Of a stretch of DNA of 64,000 bases, positions 1-8,635 are shown piece by piece. Each line of letters begins with the position of its first letter. Within the stretch, counting starts at the first letter, position 1. Origin of the DNA: Candidatus Acidiferrales bacterium (lineage in GTDB: Bacteria > Acidobacteriota > Terriglobia > Acidiferrales > UBA7541); the NCBI GenBank assembly GCA_035949735.1, contig DASYZC010000062.1, positions 4,574-68,573 on the forward strand. The letters are read 5' to 3'. The position numbers and the translations under genes were made by a program. The notes under the pieces are model-generated. The model was not told the DNA's origin. It saw only the letters and a program-made list of their open reading frames with translations, and did no database searches.

Positions 1-51
1 GTTTTACCCTGCGCGTGACGCGATTCGCATCGCCCCGATGAACCTTCGCGC

Positions 52-1731
52 TCAGAACCCGGAGGTCGTCGGTTCAAATCGGACCCCCGCAACCATCCGA
101 ATTGACAAAGGGGCCGCCTCATGATGCGGCCCCGTTTCTTTTCCAACGAGATCCCATTCTCCCTCGGCCAAATAATGCGGCCTCCTGGCACCAGGTTGCG
201 GTGTCATGCGAATCTCGGATACGTGTTTTCTCAATTCTGTACGTACCGCCACAGGGTCGGCGGTCTCATGTCTGGCCAGCAACTCCCTGATGTCCGAGAG
301 CTTCTTCGTGACGAATAGCCTTATTTCATCAAGGCGCGAATCAATGGATTCCGGTCCAGTGGACAAGAGTTTGTCAGTGATCTGCCGAAGCTCCTGCTCG
401 CGTTCATTTATCGCCTGGATCAGGAATGTGGAAGGCCCTGTGAGTGCTGCTGTTTCCGTCAAGCGGCGCAGCTCAACCTCAATGGCCCTCTTCCGTTCTC
501 GCATTTGCGCCAATTCACCCGAAAGCCTACCTAAGGTCGTCTTGAGTTGGTCACCGAATTGAGCAATGGTGTATTCAAGCGCTTCGGGTTTGAGAATCTC
601 CGTCTGCAAATCAGCAAGAAGCCTCTTCTCAAGCCAAATCTGACGTTCGAGCAGGTTGTTCGAGCACGCGCCCCGATACCAGTGTTGTGAACACCCGTAC
701 TTGCGGTACTGTTCCTTGCCGCCTCCGGCCACAATCGCTAGGTTCCCCCCGCACTGGCCGCACTTCAAGAGGCCACTAAAAAGAAACTTGCTTGTTTCAG
801 ACCGTGGGAGAAGGCCAGGGTGCTTTTTAGCGTGGTACGAATCCTTGAAAGCCTGGAGTCGTGTGTTTACGCGCTCCCATAGAGCTTGATCGATGATCCG
901 AAGTTCCTCCCGCTGCGCGACACGCCATTCACTTTCAGGCCGCATTCGTCTGACACGCTTGTTCGTGCCAGGGACCCGAATAAACTTTGAACGATTCCAG
1001 ATGACCCTGCCAATGTACAGTTCCCGGTACAACATTTCCCGAACCGCCGAATGGCACCAGGTCGCCCAGCCATTTCTGGCCTGTGGGCGTGGTGTCGGAA
1101 CGTGTTCCTGATTGAGCGTCCCCGCGATTTTCTTGAGAGAGACACCATCCGCCGACATCTGGAAAATTCGACGGACGATTGCCGCTTCCGATTCGTTTAT
1201 GGCAAGAACAACTCCCTGGTCGTCGCCGAGAGAGACGTTGTCATACCCGAAGATACGCCCGCCAGTGTGTCGCCCCCGCAGCATAGAGCCATCCATGCCT
1301 CGGTGCGTTTTCTTGGCCAGCTCCTGAACGTACAAGCTATCCACCATGCCGTGCACGGTAACAAGCACTTGAGCTTGCTCATGCTGGGAATCGATGCCTT
1401 GACTGATGGCGATAAGGCGCACGCCAGCGAAACTCAATTTTTCGAACATGCCCAAGGCATTTGCGGTGTTGCGCGATAGACGGCTGCTGTCATCGACCAG
1501 TATTACGTCGAATGGTCGAGGCGACGACAGTGCGGCAGCCAGTAAGCGACAGAGCCCTGGACGCTCTGCACCTACGCCACACAGAGCCTCGTCCACGTAG
1601 ACGTGCTCATCTAGTACCTCAAAACCTTTGGAAATCGCGTATTCCCGACAAATTCGAAGTTGGTCTTCGATGGAAGTAGGTCTCTGGAGATCGCTCGAAT
1701 ATCTGGCGTACAAGGCACAGCGGAAGCTCAT
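52..1731 (-). CDS. Large serine recombinase (resolvase N-terminal domain, recombinase domain, zinc ribbon)
   Basis: The N-terminus MSFRCALYARYSSDLQRPTSIEDQ is a typical catalytic-Ser resolvase motif. A Cys cluster LLKCGQCGGNL...YGCSQHWYRGACSN is present, followed by a coiled-coil-like C-terminal part. The last ~14 codons (RFEPTTSGF) are the reverse translation of the tRNA-like sequence. Confidence 0.9.
   Translation of the reverse strand: MSFRCALYARYSSDLQRPTSIEDQLRICREYAISKGFEVLDEHVYVDEALCGVGAERPGLCRLLAAALSSPRPFDVILVDDSSRLSRNTANALGMFEKLSFAGVRLIAISQGIDSQHEQAQVLVTVHGMVDSLYVQELAKKTHRGMDGSMLRGRHTGGRIFGYDNVSLGDDQGVVLAINESEAAIVRRIFQMSADGVSLKKIAGTLNQEHVPTPRPQARNGWATWCHSAVREMLYRELYIGRVIWNRSKFIRVPGTNKRVRRMRPESEWRVAQREELRIIDQALWERVNTRLQAFKDSYHAKKHPGLLPRSETSKFLFSGLLKCGQCGGNLAIVAGGGKEQYRKYGCSQHWYRGACSNNLLERQIWLEKRLLADLQTEILKPEALEYTIAQFGDQLKTTLGRLSGELAQMRERKRAIEVELRRLTETAALTGPSTFLIQAINEREQELRQITDKLLSTGPESIDSRLDEIRLFVTKKLSDIRELLARHETADPVAVRTELRKHVSEIRMTPQPGARRPHYLAEGEWDLVGKETGPHHEAAPLSIRMVAGVRFEPTTSGF
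64..95 (+). other. tRNA-like 3' fragment (T-arm-like plus acceptor/CCA-like); not a foldable complete tRNA
   Basis: GTCGG-TTCAAAT-CGGAC (68-84) resembles a T-arm with one G-G mismatch. It is followed by CCCCGCA-A-CCA (85-95). The matching 5' acceptor strand TGCGGGG is absent upstream and no anticodon arm folds. I therefore read it as a tRNA/tmRNA 3' remnant or an att-associated mimic. Confidence 0.35.
78..94 (+). repeat. Left copy of 17-nt direct repeat ATCGG(A)CCCCCGCAACC; candidate attL core
   Basis: Matches 45617-45633 at 16/17 positions. The alignment extends to 69-94 vs 45608-45633 at 22/26. The two copies bracket all conjugation and cargo genes. Confidence 0.5.
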
Positions 1732-1913
1732 TGCAATTCCCTTGTCAAAGCCGAGGCGCTCGGCTCTGTGACAGACAGTAATGGAGAGTTATCCGCCAAA
1801 GCAAGTTTATTCTGCTCTTGCATCTCGGCCACGAATTCTCGCACCAAAGCCGGTACGATGACGTTGTCGATCCACTCTTTCAAGCCCGGAGCGAGTTTTG
1901 GTACTGATTTCAT
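1728..1913 (-). CDS. Small hypothetical protein (61 aa) coupled to the recombinase gene; possible directionality/accessory factor
   Basis: ATGA stop/start overlap with the recombinase start at 1728-1731. No motif recognised. Confidence 0.4.
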   Translation of the reverse strand: MKSVPKLAPGLKEWIDNVIVPALVREFVAEMQEQNKLALADNSPLLSVTEPSASALTRELQ

Positions 1914-1969
1914 TCTGACCTTACAAAGAATGCAACAACCAACGCTGGAAAGGGTCTACGAAGGCATCC

Positions 1970-2866
1970 TCACTGTTCACGGCTGGGTTCGTTGCTGTGA
2001 ACTGCGGCATTCCCCGCGACTTGGTGCGTGGGCCTCGCGGATTGAAAATGGGCCTGCGCCTTCTCAACAGTGTGCCGTGCGTAGCCCGGATGCTTTTCCT
2101 CCCCGCGATAGTCCGCAATTCGCCGAATGATCTCTTCGGGATCGTCACCGCGAGCGAGGGCGCGTTTCGCGAATGCCCAATCCCGCTCTGACTGGGTGAT
2201 CTCGCCAGCAGGGGGGCTTGGTGCATCATGTGAGCGATATTGTGCCGGGGTCTCGTGAAGATCCGTGCGAAGCCTAAAGTCTTCGAGATGATATGTCTGC
2301 GTCGCCCCTGGTTGTGCCCTTACTACATGCTCCGTCGCATACTTCCGATTTACGAACTCTGGTAGTCGCAGAACGCGCGTAGAATCCGTGGCGGCGGGAT
2401 CGCCGCCGAATTCTCGTACCATCGCACGCTGAAGGGTTTCTGCTTGATCTTGTGCAATCCCCTCGACCTTCCAAACGACCTGATACTTTTCCGGCGATGT
2501 CTCAAGGACATAGTTGGGCCGTGGCACCAAGCCGGAAGTTTCGACTGCCTCCAGAGCTGACGGCCCGTTGCGGTCGATGTCGAGGTACAGATGCCGGATT
2601 GCTTCGATGTCCTCTTTGGTGCGACTTTGGGCATCGTGTCTGAGCGTGTTCATTCCTATGTACACATCAGAACTGACATTCTTGTGCCGGAGCCACGCCT
2701 GAAAATCCTGGCTGGCCGCATTCGTCGCCGTCGTGATCCGTTGAATCGTTTCGCCCGCTTTGCGACTCCGTACCAGCACAGCAATGCGGTCGGACGCTTC
2801 AAAGTTTTGAAGAATGTAGTCCGGCGCGGACAAGGAATCCAGTTTTGACTCCAGGTTAGAATTCAT
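1970..2866 (-). CDS. RepB'-type (RSF1010-like) DNA primase
   Basis: VLETSPEKYQVVWKV, GGDPAATDSTRVLRLPEFVNRKY and SDVYIGMN align from memory with the RepB' blocks VVETSPKNYQAWVKV, DADPASADSRHYGRLAGFTNRK and NDVYIRP. The helical C-terminal domain RDWAFAKRALARGDDPEEII also resembles RepB'. Confidence 0.75.
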   Translation of the reverse strand: MNSNLESKLDSLSAPDYILQNFEASDRIAVLVRSRKAGETIQRITTATNAASQDFQAWLRHKNVSSDVYIGMNTLRHDAQSRTKEDIEAIRHLYLDIDRNGPSALEAVETSGLVPRPNYVLETSPEKYQVVWKVEGIAQDQAETLQRAMVREFGGDPAATDSTRVLRLPEFVNRKYATEHVVRAQPGATQTYHLEDFRLRTDLHETPAQYRSHDAPSPPAGEITQSERDWAFAKRALARGDDPEEIIRRIADYRGEEKHPGYARHTVEKAQAHFQSARPTHQVAGNAAVHSNEPSREQ

Positions 2867-3837
2867 AACGGCTCTCGCTCACTCTGAAAGATCGCCGCGA
2901 AGTCGTACTCGTCCCGGTCTGGGTCGTACCCCTTGATCTCGACAACTTGGGAGACGAACCGCCTACCCGGACGACGTTCGAGCTGCACAACTACATTGAG
3001 TGAATAGCCTATGTTCGTCTTGATGGCGCGATAAGGCAGGTCCACGCCACTCTGGAGCACGCAGCTCGTGAAACGGGCCAGCGCCTGCCTCGCCGAAGTA
3101 GCGTGAACGGTTGAAAGACTGCCAGAGTGCCCGGTATTCAGAAGCTGGAGCAGGTCGAACGCCTCTCCCCCACGGATTTCGCCGAGGATGATTCTGTCGG
3201 GCCGATGGCGAAGAGCTGCTCTCAAGAGATCCCGAATCGTCACTGCCGGCAGCCCGTTCTGAGGCTGCCGGGCCTCAAACCGAACGAGATTTTGCTGCCC
3301 CATGTGAATCTCTGAGGTGTCCTCAATCAAGAGGATTCGTTCCTCCTCTGGTATGAACTTGCCGAGAATGTTCAAGAGGGTCGTTTTGCCACACCCGGTT
3401 CCGCCAGCAATGAGGATGTTCTTGCGTCCCAACACATAATCTTCGAGCTGGTTGGCGAGCCAGCGCTCCAAGCTCCCAGCGGTGACGAGATCGTCGATAC
3501 CAAAGTGGCGCGAATTGAACTTTCGAATGGTGAGGGTTACTCCGTTCAGGCTGCACGGAGGAATAACGGCGGCAACCCGACTCCCGTCTGGCAGCCGCGA
3601 ATCGAGGATCGGCTTGGCCTCGCAAATATCGTCACCAAGTCGCCGCGCAATGTTCTTTACCGCGATCATCAATGACTTTTCGCCGAGAGAAAGGCCACGG
3701 ACCTCCTCGATGAATCCGCCCCTTTCGATAAAGACATGGCTTGGGCCGTTTACCATGACCTCACTGATCGTTTCGTCGAGGATCAGGTGCTCTATGGGCT
3801 TGAGAAATGGAAGGATCATCTCGAATCCGTTCATCAC
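2863..3837 (-). CDS. virB11: VirB11/TrbB-family secretion ATPase
   Basis: Walker A ILIAGGTGCGKTTLLN; LLIEDTSE Walker B-like; GHSGSLSTVHA His-box. ATGA overlaps at both ends of the gene. Confidence 0.9.
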   Translation of the reverse strand: MMNGFEMILPFLKPIEHLILDETISEVMVNGPSHVFIERGGFIEEVRGLSLGEKSLMIAVKNIARRLGDDICEAKPILDSRLPDGSRVAAVIPPCSLNGVTLTIRKFNSRHFGIDDLVTAGSLERWLANQLEDYVLGRKNILIAGGTGCGKTTLLNILGKFIPEEERILLIEDTSEIHMGQQNLVRFEARQPQNGLPAVTIRDLLRAALRHRPDRIILGEIRGGEAFDLLQLLNTGHSGSLSTVHATSARQALARFTSCVLQSGVDLPYRAIKTNIGYSLNVVVQLERRPGRRFVSQVVEIKGYDPDRDEYDFAAIFQSEREPL

Positions 3838-5831
3838 AGCTCCCCTTCGGCAACTTGCAAGAAATACGATTTGTTTGGGTCGTTGTAGTAGGGCTTCAGG
3901 TAGCAGAACATCGGGGGCCTGGGATTTGATCCATCGTAAGCAATGGTGACCGCCTGCGCGTTCCGCAATTCCATGAAGGTCTTCATGTCGAAGCGATAGT
4001 CCGTCTGTGTGCTGTAGCTCTTCGACGCCGTGATGTTTGCGCGGTGGGAAAGCGCCTTGCCTGTAAGCAGGCTGACTCGGGCGTCGTGTCCGCTCTCGGA
4101 GAGGTTGTAACTCACCTTGAAGCGGTCCTCCCTTCCGCAGAGATCACTTGCGGTGCGAGCGGAGAAATCGTCCGAAAGGGCGAGGAATATCTTTGTCCTG
4201 AAGGTTTGCAGCAGGGTCCGCCAGGTTTCACCTGGTAGCGCGGACTTCAATGAGCTGATGCTTTGCGTCGCGATGATGGGGATGCACTTCGGTTGACGGG
4301 ACAAACTAAAGAATTTTTCATCGCCCGTTGGCTCGCTCTCCCCCACTGTGGCGAAATGGTGGTACTCGTCACACAGAAAAAGCACCTGGCGAAAATACTG
4401 CTCTGGGTGGGCTTCGATCTGCGGGATACGATTCAAGACGGCTCGCTCGAAGTCGAGCTTCATCATCACGCCGAGTGCCTTTGCCAGCCCAGCGTTCATA
4501 ACGGCTGGGAAATTGAGTGAGCACAACTTGCCGTTTTCGATTAGCCAAGAAAAAGAAGGCAGGGGCCTGCCGAATGTGAAATCCCGATTGGCCACAGGAT
4601 CGTAGCACTCCGCAGGCGGGCAAAATGTGCGCTTCACGACCGGGCTGTCGTCAAATAGCGATAGGAACACCGAAATTCCCTCGACGATAGAGGTTCTCAA
4701 TTTCGGCTCGATCCGCTGCCAGTCGTTATAGAACCAGCGTTTGACCGCTTCCAGTTGCTCACGCTTGTCCTGAGAGACAGTTGCTTCGGCGGATTCATTC
4801 AGGATTTCAAACGAAATGTGCTTATCCTTAAGGACTGCAAGAAGACCGGCGGAACTCTTGCCTTTGTACAAACCAAGCTCGGTGTTCAACCGGAATTCGA
4901 ACGGTTCGAGGTCGCGCGGATGCTTGAGATAATTGTCCTCGGAAACCAGCACTGAATCAGACTCGCCTAGCCTCCGCTCCGCTTCCTTCAGCTTTCTTTC
5001 GAGGACAACCGGGGAGATCGCACACTCGTAGACATCGAACAATGTGACGTAGTTGTATGCGACCTTGTGCAGAAGGATGATGAATTTCACAAGGTTCGTG
5101 TATGCCTGCTGCCAGAAGGGTTCCTTGCCTCTCCCGAAGAGATTGTTCAGCAGCGAGGCAATGTTATAGGCGAGAGCGTAGGCGTCGAGGTCGTTGTGAA
5201 GCGGATTGTAGCGGTACTCGGAGCCGAGACCGATTTCGATATAGTCCTCAGCCCTTCCGTTGCGGTCTAGGATTTCTCGAACCTTGTGACAGAAGTCTCC
5301 TTTCACTTCCAAAACCAGTCCGCCGATCTTCTTTTCTTTGTCGGCTGCACGGTAAGCAAGAATCTGCTCCGCGAAAGGGTACATGCAGCAGCTAGTCTTA
5401 CCCGTGCCGATTGCTCCTACGATTGCGGTGCCTGTGAACAGTGCCCGCTCCGGGATCGTCAGCCATTGAGGAGTTTCGGAAGCTATGGGCCTGCGCTTGT
5501 TGTGAATCTCTCCGACAACGAGAAACAGATCATCGCGCCTGCTCGGTTCAGGATAGGGAGGCAACTTGCCCGCCCTGATTTTCTTGTGGACCGTAAGACC
5601 AAAAACATACAACCCGGATAGCAGAATCGAATACGCGATGTAGGGGGTCGTAAATAAGAAGAGGTTGTAGGAATAGAAAAGCCCGTCGTGCACGAGTGGT
5701 GCCCGGAGAGCTATCAGTTTCATAAAGACATTCCCCGTGGGGAATGGCAACTCGAAATAGAGCGCCATTCCCGTAGCCGCCGCCAGGAGGCAGGCAACGA
5801 AGTTCCTTGAGTTGAGAATGCGTTGGATCAT
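3834..5831 (-). CDS. Type IV coupling protein (TraD/TraG/VirD4-like)
   Basis: Start moved to MIQRILNS (ATG at 5829-5831), which overlaps the upstream stop as ATGA. Hydrophobic N-terminal helices. Walker A AIVGAIGTGKTS and Walker B LFLCDEYHHF. The upstream 131 codons of the raw ORF look non-coding (Arg/Gln-rich). Confidence 0.85.
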   Translation of the reverse strand: MIQRILNSRNFVACLLAAATGMALYFELPFPTGNVFMKLIALRAPLVHDGLFYSYNLFLFTTPYIAYSILLSGLYVFGLTVHKKIRAGKLPPYPEPSRRDDLFLVVGEIHNKRRPIASETPQWLTIPERALFTGTAIVGAIGTGKTSCCMYPFAEQILAYRAADKEKKIGGLVLEVKGDFCHKVREILDRNGRAEDYIEIGLGSEYRYNPLHNDLDAYALAYNIASLLNNLFGRGKEPFWQQAYTNLVKFIILLHKVAYNYVTLFDVYECAISPVVLERKLKEAERRLGESDSVLVSEDNYLKHPRDLEPFEFRLNTELGLYKGKSSAGLLAVLKDKHISFEILNESAEATVSQDKREQLEAVKRWFYNDWQRIEPKLRTSIVEGISVFLSLFDDSPVVKRTFCPPAECYDPVANRDFTFGRPLPSFSWLIENGKLCSLNFPAVMNAGLAKALGVMMKLDFERAVLNRIPQIEAHPEQYFRQVLFLCDEYHHFATVGESEPTGDEKFFSLSRQPKCIPIIATQSISSLKSALPGETWRTLLQTFRTKIFLALSDDFSARTASDLCGREDRFKVSYNLSESGHDARVSLLTGKALSHRANITASKSYSTQTDYRFDMKTFMELRNAQAVTIAYDGSNPRPPMFCYLKPYYNDPNKSYFLQVAEGEL

Positions 5832-6061
5832 GCTTTTGCCCCTGGCTTGGGGCTGCTCGGCCCGCCCCTGCGTGGGTCTTGGGCCTTTCGCCATGCCAAG
5901 AAGCCCTTGTCTCTCCACAGCATCATCTTGACGGCTGAATTGACGACGTGATCTGGTGTGCTGCCGATCCAACCGGCATACTGCTCGGCAGCGTCCGCTA
6001 CCAGGTCTTCCAACTGATATTTGCGTTCGACAATCTGCGGTGGTTTGTTGATGACCGACAT
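5828..6061 (-). CDS. Small hypothetical protein (77 aa) upstream of the coupling protein
   Basis: Start MSVINKPP is preceded by AAAGGAGGATAC. The stop overlaps the coupling-protein ATG. No family recognised. Confidence 0.5.
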   Translation of the reverse strand: MSVINKPPQIVERKYQLEDLVADAAEQYAGWIGSTPDHVVNSAVKMMLWRDKGFLAWRKAQDPRRGGPSSPKPGAKA

Positions 6062-6114
6062 GTATCCTCCTTTTTGTGACCGTCGTAAATGCGCGCGGGC
6101 AATCCTTGAAACAC

Positions 6115-6183
6115 TGGGCTGGAGCGACCCCACGAGGTCTTTGGGCGGCTGTAGGCCGCCAAAGGTGGGGTCGCTCCAGCCCA
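6115..6183. repeat. Long inverted repeat (19-bp perfect outer arms plus ~10-bp inner arms); oriT or terminator candidate
   Basis: TGGGCTGGAGCGACCCCAC (6115-6133) pairs with GTGGGGTCGCTCCAGCCCA (6165-6183). The inner arms are CTTTGGGCGGC and GCCGCCAAAG around a TGTAG loop. Confidence 0.8.
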
Positions 6184-6251
6184 GTCCGGTGTTTTGCCCG
6201 CGCCCAAAATTGACTGTCGTGCAACGCACATCCTTATTGCTCCCGACAAGT

Positions 6252-6278
6252 TCCGTTCACCGCAGAGGTGAACGGAAT
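6252..6278. repeat. 11-bp perfect hairpin TTCCGTTCACC-GCAGA-GGTGAACGGAA, part of a cluster of GTTCACC/GGTGAAC heptamers
   Basis: The heptamer occurs at 6256-6262, 6268-6274, 6280-6286 and 6315-6321. Confidence 0.75.
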
Positions 6279-6305
6279 GGTGAACCGGGGGGTGATCTGT
6301 GTCTT

Positions 6306-7328
6306 TCACGCCACGTTCACCCGTCCTCTCTTTGTGCCGGCCAGATGTGACTGGTGTTGGCCGACCAAATAGCTCTCGAAGAAAACTGTCCGATCTGGTT
6401 TGTTCTGACAGAACTCGCGCCGAAGTTCCGGCTCGCTCAGTGCTCCCGAGTCCCACGATTTGTACAGGTGTTCGAAGCGTTCTCCGTGAAACCGCCGCTT
6501 AGCTTCGTTCAAAAACTCAAAATCCGCTGTCACCGGCACAACGTATTGCCGGTTTTCAAAGCGCTGCCGAACCTGGAAGTAGCGGACGATCTCGCCCGAT
6601 ACGTCCGACTCAAGGGGTTTCTTCACGACGGAGCGAAAGCACTCAGTCACCCTGGGAAAGTCCGCGTCCCTCGGCGATATGTAGAGGAACCGCAATGAAC
6701 GCAGTTGCCGAAAGAGTGGTTGATAGGCCGCGAGATGGGTCAGGAAGCCCGAGATGCTGCCGAGGCCCGAATCAACATAAGAAAAGGTGACCACGGGGGG
6801 AGTGCCAGGGAGAGGCGGTGCAAGAAACAACGGGAATTTGTCCACGAAATAGCGAATCGTTGGACGGCTTCCAGGTCCTCCCTCATAAATCTTGCCCGGA
6901 AGAAAGTCCTTTGCGACCCTTAGTTTGTCGCAGAAAAATCTGATCTTGTCCGGTTCTGTTTCGAGATACTCCACTTCACGATTGGCAAGAATGAAGTCGA
7001 GCAATACGAGCCGCGTGCGGATGAATTCAAACGAATGAGCGCGGCGATTGCGGAGATTCCCTTTCTCTATCTGCCCGTAGAGAGTCCTCGAAAAAAGGTG
7101 GTAAATCGAACCGTATCCCATGTAGTCGCGAACGGAGGCGTGACCGTTGTTCAGTATCTTCCGAGCAAATTGCGAGGAGCGTTTTCCACGGTGTGCGCCT
7201 GTAAAGTTCAGATACTGCCGGAGAATGAAATAACCCGAGTGAGTCGCGACAACGTAGAGGAATTGCGCCTCCGGCTCGGTGTAACCAAACTCCATGAGCA
7301 ATTCGACCTGATTGCGGGGGATGTTCAT
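6306..7328 (-). CDS. Hypothetical protein, possibly replication-relaxation (Replic_Relax)-like DNA-processing protein
   Basis: 340 aa, coupled to the upstream gene by an ATGA overlap. The N-terminal wHTH-like segment is LLMEFGYTEPEAQFLYVVATHSGYFILRQYL. The family assignment is from memory only. Confidence 0.45.
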   Translation of the reverse strand: MNIPRNQVELLMEFGYTEPEAQFLYVVATHSGYFILRQYLNFTGAHRGKRSSQFARKILNNGHASVRDYMGYGSIYHLFSRTLYGQIEKGNLRNRRAHSFEFIRTRLVLLDFILANREVEYLETEPDKIRFFCDKLRVAKDFLPGKIYEGGPGSRPTIRYFVDKFPLFLAPPLPGTPPVVTFSYVDSGLGSISGFLTHLAAYQPLFRQLRSLRFLYISPRDADFPRVTECFRSVVKKPLESDVSGEIVRYFQVRQRFENRQYVVPVTADFEFLNEAKRRFHGERFEHLYKSWDSGALSEPELRREFCQNKPDRTVFFESYLVGQHQSHLAGTKRGRVNVA

Positions 7329-8260
7329 AAACTCAGAATCTCCGCAGTGATTTCCCGCTGCTCCAGTACGCGGCGCAGATTTGGCACGTCCTGAGCGCGG
7401 GCATAAATAGAGAAGCCTGCGCGGACTTTTTGGGCGATGTTTTTGAAGCGGTAGTGCTCGGTGGCGAGTTCGAGGTCAATCCGAGCAGTTTCCTGGTCCG
7501 GGGTCTCGTACTCAATACGAAGATCAGGCACTGGAATCCTCCCGCGCACTTCGTGGAGGCCATGGCGTTCAGCAATATCGGACTTGGCAGTGCCTGAATC
7601 TGCTGTTTGTCCGGCACGGGCTAGATCGCGGTAGAGGATTTTCTTGAGTTCCGAGTCGAGAATGACTCGTATGTTCTTGCCTCCCGCCCGATTCACCCTG
7701 TCCCTCCCTCGTTGGTAGAGCCGATATAGGTCGGCGTCATGGTGGGCCTCGCGAGGCTTCGTAAATCCGTCATAGATTGCCTGTCGCTTCGGCACAGTCT
7801 TGGTTGCTATCAAGAGATGGCGGCCTTCCTTGGTCAATGCCAGAAGCCGACGAGGGGATGTTTCCTCGTGAGGGATTTCTCGTTCGGAAATTAGCCGCTG
7901 CTTGCGGAGGTTTGTGAGGTCCGCCTCCATGTGTTTTCTATCTCCGCGATATATGAACTCTTCGAGATCCCTCGCGGCCACTGCCCGGAATTTGCCGATA
8001 TCAGTCATCACTGCGATTTCAGAGCTGCGGAGCTTGTAGGTTCGGCCGCGACATTCGTATGGCTTACGAGGCTCAACGACACGGGCTTCGGTTTCCGGTG
8101 TTTCTGGCGTCTCGTCCGGGCGAGGCTGGCTGTCAGCACCGACGCCTGAGCCGGATTCCCGCCTCTGTTCGTGCCCGTGCGGGGTGGGTAAGTCTCCAAC
8201 CGTTTGCAACGACTGGCCGCGAGAGTTGGCCATTTCTTCGGGTGAATATGAGCGCGACAT
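7325..8260 (-). CDS. Hypothetical protein with wHTH-like and nuclease-like segments, possibly replication-relaxation-like
   Basis: 311 aa with a disordered acidic/Pro N-terminus. It then has IAVMTDIGKFRAVAARDLEEF...LRKQRLI (wHTH-like) and PDLRIEYE...DLELATEHY (acidic motif). Confidence 0.45.
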   Translation of the reverse strand: MSRSYSPEEMANSRGQSLQTVGDLPTPHGHEQRRESGSGVGADSQPRPDETPETPETEARVVEPRKPYECRGRTYKLRSSEIAVMTDIGKFRAVAARDLEEFIYRGDRKHMEADLTNLRKQRLISEREIPHEETSPRRLLALTKEGRHLLIATKTVPKRQAIYDGFTKPREAHHDADLYRLYQRGRDRVNRAGGKNIRVILDSELKKILYRDLARAGQTADSGTAKSDIAERHGLHEVRGRIPVPDLRIEYETPDQETARIDLELATEHYRFKNIAQKVRAGFSIYARAQDVPNLRRVLEQREITAEILSL

Positions 8261-8261
8261 C

Positions 8262-8573
8262 TCAGCTCAACTCCTCGTTATTTCCATCGATGGTGTCGAT
8301 GGAAGGTGCGGGCAACTCGCCCTGGCCGACTTGCATTTGCTTGTCGAGATGCGAAAGTTTTCTGCCTGTGTCCTTGAGGAAGAATCTGCGGTTGAGTGCG
8401 AACGCTGCGGCAAAAAGATTCGTAAATAGCACCACAAGGAATATGAAAATCGGGGTGCCGTATGCGTGGATGAGAACAGCCCTATAGGGAATAAGGAACT
8501 TGAGCTCTCCCATGAGCCAGAAGGAAAGCGCGAGAAGGATAGCGATAGTCAGAATGAGTGCATTGCCGATCAT
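8262..8573 (-). CDS. Small membrane protein (103 aa, about 3 hydrophobic helices)
   Basis: Hydrophobic N-terminal two-thirds; lies inside the T4SS operon. No family recognised. Confidence 0.5.
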   Translation of the reverse strand: MIGNALILTIAILLALSFWLMGELKFLIPYRAVLIHAYGTPIFIFLVVLFTNLFAAAFALNRRFFLKDTGRKLSHLDKQMQVGQGELPAPSIDTIDGNNEELS

Positions 8574-8635
8574 TTTGTTCTTCCCGGTTCACTGGACAGC
8601 TTCGCCATCTAAGCGCGACACTCGGACGCCGGTCG

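Noticed and set aside
1-95. A complete tRNA (or tmRNA) gene ending at the CCA at 93-95
   Set aside because: Only a T-arm-like stem-loop (with a G-G mismatch) and an acceptor-like 3' strand are present. The complementary 5' acceptor strand TGCGGGG is not found upstream, and no anticodon or D arm folds. I therefore report only a tRNA-like fragment.
5832-6224. A 131-codon N-terminal extension of the coupling-protein ORF, and the overlapping ORFs 5998-6456 (-) and 6021-6350 (+)
   Set aside because: The extension is Arg/Gln/Gly-rich and low in complexity, and it spans the large inverted repeats. A well-placed ATG with ATGA coupling at 5831 and a separate small gene with a strong RBS explain the region better.
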